Positions 52,936 to 64,000 of a stretch of DNA of 64,000 nt are shown one piece after another; the stretch's first letter is position 1; each line of letters opens with the position of its first letter. The stretch comes from Octopus sinensis (Eukaryota). The position numbers and the translations under genes were made by a program. Under the pieces are notes generated by a model. It made no database searches. It was not told the DNA's origin and saw nothing but the letters and a program-made list of their open reading frames with translations. The DNA lies in assembly GCF_006345805.1 (NCBI RefSeq), contig NC_042998.1, forward strand, positions 42,470,001-42,534,000, read 5' to 3'.

Positions 52936-53871
52936 CTTTTCTATCTTCTAAACATCAAATTATTCTGTGAGGCTTCTCAATAAACATCTGAAACAAATGT
53001 TGTTCTTAATGATGAATATTAAGAATTATGTTAGATAACAAATATGAAAGGCATAAAACAATTCTTTTTAGAAATTGAAAGTTCACTGATGAATGATATA
53101 CCTTAATACTGATTGAATATATAGAAATAAAAAGTTAAAGAAAATAAATGCACCCTTTTAAAGCCTAGCCAGGCTCATGGGCCCGGTTTCCCGGTTTCTA
53201 TGGTGTATGCGTTCCCCAGCTGGACGAGACACCAGTCCATCGCAGTGTTACTCATTTTTGCCAGCTGAGTGGACTGGAGCAATGTGAAATGAAGTGTTTT
53301 GCTCAAGAACACAACGTGTCGCCCAGTCCAGGAATCAAAACTACAATCTTACGATCATGGTGCTGACACTTTAACCACTAAGCCATGCGCCTCCACAAAT
53401 AAAAAGTTATTTTATTAAAATAGTATGTATAATTGAATGAAACACTTAACAATATTCAGTTTCCTCTGCTAGAATGCTGTATTTGATAATTTGGAAAAAT
53501 CAACTAGTTAGTATCCAATTGTTGACTATGTTGATATTAGTATCCTGTTGAAGTGTTACTTCAAAATCCAGAGCTAATTACCATTTCTGTAATTCATTTT
53601 AGCTTCTGAATTGATTAACTCTGTGTATTTGTTTGCATGTTTATGCATCAAAATATTTGTTTGTGACTGCTTTGATTATTTTGAATACATATGCATCTTT
53701 ATACAGAATTATACAAAGGAATGAGAATTAATGAATGGTCAAGTAGTTTGAAGAGATGAACTTAATTATTAAATGAGAAATGAAGGTTTAATTTCCCTCT
53801 GACTCACACAATAATTTTATTTTATTTTCCACAATTTTTGTTCGGAATCCCAAGTCACATAAGATCTTTAA

Positions 53872-54062
53872 CCCTTTTGTTACCGTATTTATTTTGAGAT
53901 GCTCTGTGTTTCTTTTAATTAATTTTAAATATAACACAGAATTTAGTAAAATAACTTAGTTATCATTAAGCAAGTGTGGAAGAATTTAATTCAAAACTTA
54001 TGGAAACAAGACATTTGTATTTAGAGCCAGAGCCGGTTTCAGCCAGGTTGGTAATGAAAGGG
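53872..54062. mobile_element. piggyBac-type MITE; a second family has copies at ~11156-11355, ~18720-18943 and ~5356-6008 (SINE-interrupted)
   Basis: TTAA|CCCTTT...AAAGGG|TTAA termini. Confidence 0.65.
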
Positions 54063-54640
54063 TTAAGAATTTAATTATTACCAAGTATGTTATTTCTCTA
54101 AACCATGGAACATGAACAACAAAGTTCACATTAGTAGTTACAGAGATTAAAGCAGTTACTATTTATACATAGATATACATTTATTTTATTGCTAGCCTTT
54201 AACAGATATTGAGTTAAGCTAAATACATGAAGAATGTTACAGAAGCAATAAGTAGTAGGCAACAGCTTGCCTGACCTGTTTGAGAATATGATTTGTCTAA
54301 TCTTTCTGTTTCAAAGTCCTACTCTCAAAGATTCTCTGCTATTACACAGTTACTTTCTGAGTAATTTGATTTTTCCTGATCTGTTACTTGACTAATATCT
54401 CATTGCAATAGCATATCCAGTTACGTGTTAAAAAGTCAGGTAAAAGTCATAGCTGAAAAGTTGATTAATATGATTGAGACAATCAATGTTGTTTGTGATA
54501 TACAAAGGAAAAAAACAGAGCATAACAAAAGTTTATGATTGTGTCATATATGTTGTGACTGTGTGGTAAGAAGCTTGTTTCTCAACCACATGGTTCAGGA
54601 TTCAGTCCCACTGGATGACACCTATATATATATATATATA

Positions 54641-55068
54641 AATAGATGAGTGTATTTTTCCCTTGTTAACAACCTCTTTACTTGTGTGATTTTTTGCTAC
54701 TATTTATCTATTTTTTCCGTGTTAATCGTTAACAAGGGAAAAATACACTCATCTATTCATATATACTTTAATCAGATTTATTTATAACCTGTTAACAAAA
54801 TAGTAACAGCATATGTAATTATTTAATATTAACGCATCACTGAAGGATATTCCCATTCCACCAAAGAATGCTTTCCTTAAACAACTTGTCCATAAGATAA
54901 ATTCATTCATCAACCAAAAATGTCTTATTGACGAGTTTCATTTCTTCACTTCCTTGAAGAGAAGATTACATTGTTTTACACCATTTATTCCTTTGGAATA
55001 ATATCAGTGAAATCTTCGAAACATGTGTCAGAAGTAAAAGTATTTGAATTATACCTGCGTTAAACTCC

Positions 55069-55071
<3 letters not shown>
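54641..55071 (+). mobile_element. Deleted Penelope-like relic in (TA)n: 30-bp inverted repeat, short ORF remnant SLKDIPIPPKNAFLKQLVHKINSF, decayed hammerhead at 54948-55035
   Basis: 54641-54670 is the reverse complement of 54728-54757; ACTTC(C)-TTGAAGA-GAAGATT...AATCTTC-GAAA-CATGTG-TC-AGAAGT. Confidence 0.6.
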
Positions 55072-55127
<56 letters not shown>

Positions 55128-56379
55128 ATACACATACATACATACATATATATATATTTCACTCTCATTCATTATTTATAATTCAAAATCCACTTTAATA
55201 TGATGAATGAAATGACTGAGATGAATTTGCATAATAGCACATCTTCAACTAACATGTTATGTTTTCTCATGATGGGCCAGGTTTGATGTCCTAAGATATA
55301 TTCATTTCACCCAAGTTTTCGTTGGCTTATCTTCACAATAAGCTTGTAGCATAATTTGTTTTGACCAAACATTTGTTTTCTGAAGTGTTACAGTGTCTTG
55401 CCTGAACAGTTGTCTCACTTACCAAGGCCAATTTCTCTGATGCCAATTGAATCTAACAGTCAGATTTAAAATTCTCCATGTACATGAATATAAACTTGTG
55501 TTTGAGATTTAGGGCATGAAGCATCAATTTTTAGTGTATAGCTTAACACATGTACAGCATGGGAATGTTTATCAATTGATTACATATTACGAAGGAAGTA
55601 GAGGTAGGTGAGGCAGTAGAGTGTTGATCAAACGTAATATTTTTATTATTTCTCCTGCTTTTGTTATGAGGACAATCCAACTGGGGTGGTTTTTGTCTTT
55701 CATCCATCTGTAATTAATAGAATAGTGATTCCTAAGATCAGCAACTCTGAGCAGAGAGTGTGGATGTTTAATCAATACCATTGGTTCCAATATATGACTG
55801 GTACTTATACTATTGACCTCTGAGGGTTGGAAAGTAAAGTTGACTATAGTAGGTTTTGAATTCAGAATGTAAAGCATTACTGCAAGGTTGTTTTCTGACA
55901 CTCAAACGATTCTTCCAGCCCAATGCCGTGAATTGATAAAGTAATGCCATTAACATATGGCCACTGAAAGTTAAGTCTTTGTGATATGGTGGCTTGTTTG
56001 CCTTAATTATCTTGAAATCTCTACTAGTCAAGCACAATTTCTTAGTAAGGCTTCCCATGTGGGACAGGTCATAAGATAGAGGCTAGACAAATATAGATCA
56101 CCTAATCCCAGGGATAAAAAAATATTGTATTGGTTTGCATAAGGTCAACATCCATATCTAGAAAAATCAAAGTTGCAGAAGTAATGATGACAATTCAAAT
56201 CCAATAAAATAAAGGTATAGGAGTGGCTGTGTGGTAAGTAGCTTGCTAGCCAACCACATGGTTCTGGGTTCAGTCCCACTGCATGGCACTTTGGCCAAGT
56301 GTCTTCTACTATAGCCTTGGGCTGACCAAAGCCTAGTGAGTGGATATGGTAGACAGAAACTGAAAGAAGCCCGTCATAA

Positions 56380-56413
<34 letters not shown>

Positions 56414-56791
56414 GTTTGTATATGCATATGTATGTATAAATATATCATCATCATCATCATCATCATTTAGCGTCCGCTTTCCATGCTAGCATGGGTTGGA
56501 CGGGTCAACTGGGGTCTGTGAAGCTGGAAGGCTTCGTCAGGCCCAGTCAGATCTGGCAGTGTTTCTACGGCTGGATGCCCTTCCTAACGCCAACCACTCC
56601 GCGAGTGTAGTGGGTGTTTTTTTACGTGCCACCTGCACAGGTGCCAGACAGAGCTGGCGAACGGCCACGAATGGATGGTGCTTTTACGTGTCACCGGCAC
56701 GGGGCCTGGCGATGCTGGCAACGGACACGAACGGATGGTGCTTTTACGTGCCACCGACACGGGGCCAGACAGAGCTATATATATATGTATG

Positions 56792-56881
<90 letters not shown>

Positions 56882-56978
56882 GTATGTGTGTGTATATATG
56901 CTTGTGTGTGTGTTTGTCTTCCCAAAATTACTTGACTAAAGGCAGTACTTGAGCATGGCCACAGTAAAAAAATTCAAA

Positions 56979-57114
56979 GTCTTACACCTGTTTCTGGGAT
57001 ATCCCAGAGTATGGGTTATTCTGTTGTCAGAGACAAGTAGGGAAAATGAGAAGGGTATTTGTATCTGATGACGGGATATCCCATACTCTGGGATATCCCA
57101 GAAACAGCTAGGAT
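56979..57114. ncRNA. Inverted pair of decayed hammerhead motifs (minus 56979-57034, plus 57061-57114)
   Basis: Plus: CTGATGA-C-GGGATATCCCA(TACTC)TGGGATATCCC-A-GAAA-CAGC-TA. Minus: GTCT-CTGACAA...GAAA-CAGGTG-TA-AGAC. Confidence 0.6.
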
Positions 57115-57429
57115 GATAATAATAATGTATATGACTTGAAATGTTTGTCTTGCCTTAACATTCGTTGTCTTCCTCAACAATATATATATATATATATATA
57201 ATCCTTCCTAGAATTAAGATTGAATGAATGTGGTGGTATCTAACATATATTTGTTTCCAAACAACACTTATTTTAGTGGTGTTGACACTGCTGGATTAAA
57301 TGGTACTACCTAGGTGTTGAAACCATAGTGATATCTGTGGGGCTGCTGATGATGGAGGTGTGTTGGATTGTTAGTATGGCTGTTATTGTATGTTGGAATA
57401 GTTTTGTAAGACATACATTTGATATATCT

Positions 57430-57478
<49 letters not shown>

Positions 57479-57489
57479 TATATATTATC

Positions 57490-58770
57490 ATCATCATTTA
57501 ATGTCCACTTTCCATGGCATGGGTTAGACAGCTTAACTGGACCTGGTAAGCTGGGAAACCGCCAGTATGAATTTGGCTTGGTTTCTATAGTTGGATGTCC
57601 TTTCTAATTCCAACCATTTTGAGAGTGTACTGGGTGTCTTTTATGTGTCACCAGCACAGGTGCTTTTATGTGCCTCCACATAGATGTTTTTACGTGTTAC
57701 TGGCGCAGTTGCTTTTTGTGTTACTAGTATGGATGTTGTTACATGTCACTGGTACCAGCCACAACTATGATTTCACTTGGCTTGACGGGTCTTTTCAAAC
57801 ACAGCAAATTGCCAAAGGTCATGATTGCTTGTCATTCCCTCCATAAGACCCCACATTTGAAGTTCATGCTTCACCACCTTGTCCCACGTCTTCCTGGGTC
57901 TACCTCTTCCACAAGTTCCCACCACAGTTAGAGATTGACACTTCTTTATGCCTCATCCTCATCCATACATGTCACATGCCCATACCAATGCAATGCCTCT
58001 CTTGTACACCATATCTGATGTTTCTTATACCCAGTTTTTCTCTGAAGCCACTTACACTCAGTCATACAGGAACACTAACATTGCACATCCAGCGGAGCAT
58101 ACTAGATTCATTTCTTTCAAGCTTTTGCATGTCCTCTGCCACCACAGCCCATGTTTCAATGCTGTGTAGCATAGCTGTTTGAACACATGCATCATACAAT
58201 CTGCCTTTCACACTGAGGGAGAGGCCCTCTGTTGTCAACAAAGGTAGAAGCTCTCTTAACTTTGCTCAGCCTATTCTTATTCTAGCAGTTATGCTCTCAG
58301 AGCATCCCCCTCCACTGCTGACTTGGTTACCTAGATAACAAAAGCTATCAGCTACTTCTAGGTTTCTCACTGGCATTTGATGGGGCCTATTTTCAGTATA
58401 TTTCTAGTCTCTACTGTACCTATGCATCTGCCATACACAAATACTATTATCCCTGTTACTCCTCTGATATTGCTGCACCTCTTATGCATTTGTAGCTTGC
58501 ACTGGGTACACCTTATGGATGAGCTGGCAGAAACGTTAGCGCACCAGGTGAAATGCTTAGCGGTATTTCGTCTGCTGTTACGCTCTGAGTTCAAATTCCG
58601 CCGAGGTCGACTTTGCCTTTCATCCTTTCGGGGTCGATAAAATAAAGTACCAGTTACACACTGGGGTTGATGTAATTGACTTAATCCCTTTGTCTGTCCT
58701 TGTTTGTCCCCTCTATGTTTTGCCCCTTGTGGGCAATAAAGAAATATATCTATGTCTTTTTTACACATTG
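57490..58770 (-). mobile_element. Decayed RTE LINE copy on the minus strand, interrupted by a SINE at ~58520-58745
   Basis: Reverse-complement similarity to 21362-22815 (IRCTQCKL..HKRCSN). Confidence 0.82.
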
Positions 58771-61700
58771 CAAAGTAAGCTTCTTAAACCACACAGCCAT
58801 ATCTGAGATTGTGTTAGAAATCATTACATGTGAAAGATCAATACAAAAGTATTTGTAGTTGTTGTACTTGTTTAATCCTAGGCCAGCTCTTAAACAGAAA
58901 ATATACAATCAAAGACATTCCAACAGTGCCTCTCTCATTTTATTTTCAAACACAGTATATTAAAGATTATACTATCCTATGTTTTTTTTAAGGTGGTAAT
59001 GTATGATTTAAGGAAGATAGGTTGTTATTTCTAACATGTCATCAGCTACTATAAAATTGGTTGTAATATGATGAGTCATGTTAACAATCACATATGTTAC
59101 AATATTCCCTCCCTTGTTTAAACAAGACTCTGTTTCATCAACAAAAATTAATGCTTTATACATGTGAAACCATGTATCTATCTGAGGTAATTGTGTTGAA
59201 GTCGTTTCAATAAGACATTGACCAACATTGCCACATGGGAATCAAAAGCTGAAAAACAATGCAAAAATGATATTTCTGATTGTTTTGGTTCCTTGTGTTG
59301 TTTTAAGAAAGTATATTCACCACCACCACCATTATCATCATCTTTGTTATCATTGTCATTAACCTCATCATTCTTCTAACCTACTTAAGCCTTTCACTCC
59401 CTATGGAGTACTGGCTGTGGATGACTTTTCCTCACTGTTTTCAACTCCAAGTTGTCTTTTCTTCTTCTCCCTAGTTGGCTCCCTGCTTCTTCAGCTTTGC
59501 TTCAGTATCCTGCATCCTTTCTCCAATCTTCATTGTGGATTTCAGGTCAAAGCCTGACATGTAATGCAGGATAATTGGTTTCCTTAAAGTGTGGCCTTTC
59601 AGATTTTACTGCACTGAGCCATATGTTTCTCTGAGGGAAGGCTTTCCTCTCCCAGGTCTGTGAATTGTCATTGACACTTCAGTAACTTTGCTTTTTTTTT
59701 CTAGGTAGCCATGTTGGCCCTACACAAACCCATTTTTCTCCCTGGGAAGAGGAAATCTATATTAGTCTGGCCTCTATCGTTTGATCTGTCTAGCATAGGA
59801 GCCCCTCCCAGGAGCTTGCACTCCTCTAGTATAGCTGTCAGAATAATTAAAACAAACTATGACACTGTAATAAGGGCTGAATTTTGTGGTGGCCTATAGT
59901 AAATAGATTTTAAAATAATATCAAGTACTTTTAGGATCATAAATATTTACTGCTTACCTATGAGGTTTGTACTGTTAAACAAATCCAAAATGACTTGTTC
60001 GGTATGGGTGACTCTAGAATCATGAGTTAGTGAGTTCGATTCCTGAACTGAGTTGTGTATTGTGTTCATGAGCGACACTTTATTTCCTGTTGCTCCAGTT
60101 CACTCAGGTATAGAAATGAGTTGCAAAGTCACTGGTGCCAAGCTGTATCGGCCTTTGTCTTTCCCTTGGTTATCATCAGTGGCATGGAGATGGGAGGCTG
60201 GTACACATGGGCAATTGCTGGTCTTCCATAAACAACCTTGCCTGGATTTGTGCCTCGGAGGGTAACTTTCTAGATGCAATCCCATGGTCACTCATGACTA
60301 AAGGGGATCTTTACCCTTTTATCATAACTTGTACTCTGCTGGAAAAGCTCTCAGAGTCAATGAAGCACACAAGTTATCATACTGTAACAAAGACTGAACC
60401 TTGTGGTCTTTTTTCTCAGCTGTTACAGTTTGAACTAATCTTCAGCAGAAGACTGATCTTCACCATTCTTTCAATCCTATGATAGCTTATCAGAGAAACC
60501 CAAAAATCTTTAAGATTTGACTGGATCATTTAATATCTTGCCTTTGGTTTTTCTTTATCATGAGATCTTGATACTCATTAACATTGCAGCTGTCTATTTG
60601 TTTCACATGTCCATGTCAGTATAGTTGCTTCCTCTACATACACTGGTTGATACCTTCATTGCTCAGTCATTTCCTTGTTTTTTGTTTTTGTTTCTCTAAT
60701 GCTGTTCAGCAAACAAATCTCATTTTATTTTCATAAGTTCTTGTATATTAGAATGATTTCATCAGATCTCAATCCTTTTGAACTTGTTTCTCCTTCACAT
60801 ACAAAGAATGATCAAGGCTCCATCTCTCTCACATAAACAGCATCTCTTAAAATGTATCAATACGGCAGTATGCAGTTACACATGCATAAAAGCATGCAAC
60901 CTAGTGGTTAAGACATTGCACTAATGATAGTGGTTTTGATTTTCAGACCAGGCTGTGCACTGTTTCACATGTCTCCAGCCCACTCTGCTGTAAATGAGTT
61001 CCAGCAAAAGCTGGGTAGTTAAAACCTGCAATGGAGTAGTGTCCTATTCAGGTGCAAGAAAGTAATTTAATCTCAGTCACTTTTATGCCAAGACAGCAGA
61101 GCGACCAGATGATTTGTTGACTGAGAAATGACAGCAAACTTCACTGCTTGTAATTCAGTGGTTTTGTATATGAAGCTTGCAGAACATAAGTACTCACACA
61201 CACACCCAGACATATATGCACACACACACACACATGTACATGCACTGAGACACCTATACATGCATGTTTATGTGTATGTGTACAATAGGCAGAAACATAA
61301 TGTGCATCAATGTCACTGAGGGCTACAACCCTCAGAGCAGTAAATCATCCCAGTTGTCGCATTGCATCCCTGGTATACGCAAGTCAGCTTGGTCTGCTTC
61401 AGCCTTATGAGTTCTAGGATTAATGACAGACCTAAACTACACATGCAGGCAAAAATTTGTGACTGCTGGCGCATATACTACTGTGTGATGAATCTATGGA
61501 ACTGCTGATATTTCATTGATGCAAACATGTGAACCAAATTCGATGACTGGCACCCATGCCAGTGGAGCACTAACAGCTCTATCCAAGCAGGATCACTGCC
61601 AGAACAGCTGTCTGGCATGTAAGGTGCATCATTTGAGTGTGATTGTTGTCAGCGTCGCCTCACTGGCACTTGTGCCCGTGGCACGTGAACAAAACATTTG

Positions 61701-64000
61701 AGCGAGGTCGTTGCCAGTGCTGCTGGACTGACTCCTGTGCAGGTGGCACATAAAAAACACCACTTTTGAGTGTGGCTGGTGCCAGTACTGCCTGACTGGC
61801 CCTCATGCTGGTGGCACTTTAAAAGCACCCACTACACTCTCGGAGTGGTTGGCATTAGGAAGGGCATCCAGCTGTAGAAACTCTGCCAGATCAGATTGGA
61901 GCCTGACACAGCCATCTGGTTCACCAGTCCTCAGTCAAATCGTCCAACACATGCTAGCATGGAAAGCGGACATTAAACAATGATGATGATGATGTACTGA
62001 AGATGGTTTGAAGAAGTTTGAATCCTGACTTGTGCTAACATTGAATTATAGTGAGGGAGAGATGTGCCAAACAATCAACCGCACTTATCTCATCCCTGAC
62101 TTTCTACACCTGCAGCAGGGCAGACCAGGTTCACTTGAGGTATATCAGGGATGCAATGAGATGACCAGGATTATTTACTGCTCTAACTATACTCTAAGGT
62201 ATGTAGCCTCCAATGATAGTGCTGCACATTATCTTTTGGCCTATTATACACACACATATACATGTGTATATAATTGTGAGAGTGAGTGCTTACATTATAC
62301 AAGCTTCATATGCAAATCTACTGACTGCAAGCAATGAAGTTTGCTGTCATTTCTCAATCAACAAATCATCTGGTGGCTCTGCTGTGTTGAAGGTGTGTGG
62401 AATAAGAGATCACTTGCTTGAAAAAGAAGTAAAGGTTAGTAACAAGAAGGGCATCTGGCTATACTCTTTTACTTGTTTCAGTCATTTGACTGCAGCCATG
62501 CTGGAGCACCGCCTTTAGTCGAGCAAATCGACCCCGGTTGTCAAGCATCGGTTGTCAAGCAATGCTAAGGGGACAAACACAGACACACAAACCTATAAAC
62601 ACACATACATATATATATATACATATATACAACAGGCTTCTTTCAGTTTCTGTCTACCAAATCCACCCACATGGCATTGGTCGGCCAGGGGCTATAGCAG
62701 AAGACACTTGCCCAAGATGCCACACAGTGGAACTGAACCCGGAACCATGTGGTATGTAAGCAAGCTACTTACCACACAGCCACTCCTGCGCCTATGAAAA
62801 CAATCTCTCAATAATATATATTCATTTAACCCATGCTAGCTGGGAAAAACATAAAAGTGAATGAATAAATGTAACACACAGTCACTCAATCAATTCATGA
62901 ACCAAAGACAGAAACAATGAAAAAGAGAGGCACTTAATTCTTTGATGGTTGGAAATGTATGCAAAGATTATTGATATGCAAATGATGGCAGCGGTGGTGA
63001 TATTATCAATTTACACTGAGTATGAATTATGCTAAATAAACTGTTTAATTCCTGAAATTTGACAAATGTGAGGAGTTAAATTTGATCTGTTGAATGTTTA
63101 GTGAAACCAAATAATTGGAAAATTGCAACAGATACTTCACAAGTTTTATATCTGCATTCATATCATTTAAACACATTTGGCCGTATGGTGATGAAGACCA
63201 CTTCATTGTCACATGGTTTTGGGTTCCCTTCCACTGCATGGCACCTTAGTATCTCTACCATAACCTCAGGATGACTTATGAATAAGGTTTTATGAATGAA
63301 ATGCTGGTCAACAGAAAATATACAGAATCCAATGCTTTTCTTTCTTTTTCTTTTTATTTGTGTGTGTGTGTGTGGGGGTGTTTGCATGAATCAGGTCACT
63401 GTTAGTGCTACTGGTAACATGTCATCCAGTACAACCTGTTGCATGGTTTGGCTGTCAGCAACTGACCCAGTAATCCTACCAAGCCTAAGGAGGGTAGCTT
63501 TTATTGGACACCCTGCAAAATGAAAAACAAAACCTCTGGTAGAAGCAACAGCCATCCAGCTGTTGGTAGTGAAATACCCCTATTCTTTGATTAGACATCT
63601 CCCTATGAGAAGGATATTCTGAAATAATACTTCTAGCATTATGAAGCTGGAGATCTTCAGCATGAACATTACTGACAACCATTGTCTTTAATATCTGGGA
63701 TAAGATAATTTATTAGTGATGGCCATGCTTGTTTATGAATTGATAGCCATCATGTATGTGCGCATGTGTGTGTGTGCGTATGTGTGTATGTGTGTGAGAG
63801 AAAGAGTCAGAGAGCGAGAAAGATTTTATTTCCATGTGGCTTCACATCAACACCTTTTGAGTAATATTGCATTTGTTTGTGTCTCCCATAAGCATATATA
63901 ACTCAGTGGTATTGTTGGTTTTAAGGCGGCGAGCTGGCAGAAACGTTAACACGCCAGGCGAAATGCTTAGCGGTATTTCGTCTGCGTTACGTTGTGAGTT

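Overview
AT-rich, microsatellite-dense eukaryotic genomic DNA. The SINE/RTE repeat repertoire suggests a coleoid cephalopod, most likely Octopus (inference from memory, not a database result). I reconstructed by hand one minus-strand protein-coding gene: a TBC1D2/TBC1D2B-like Rab-GAP (PH domain, coiled coil, TBC domain). It has 17 phase-consistent coding exons from the ATG at 52935 to 1522 (2202 nt, 734 aa), and its 3' end lies beyond the window start. One intron has a GC donor. The introns hold tRNA-derived SINEs, 5'-truncated RTE LINEs, mariner relics, hAT and piggyBac-type MITEs and a solo LTR. The main unexpected signal is a set of minimal type I hammerhead ribozyme motifs in several unrelated short repeats, many with Penelope-like inverted or tandem architecture next to microsatellites. 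These include a tandem pair 362 nt apart with a compensatory U3-A8 core (43375-43777) and a G3-C8 core variant in a 203-bp element with a 13-bp TSD (41335-41537). Almost all ORFs in the supplied track are microsatellite or repeat artefacts.
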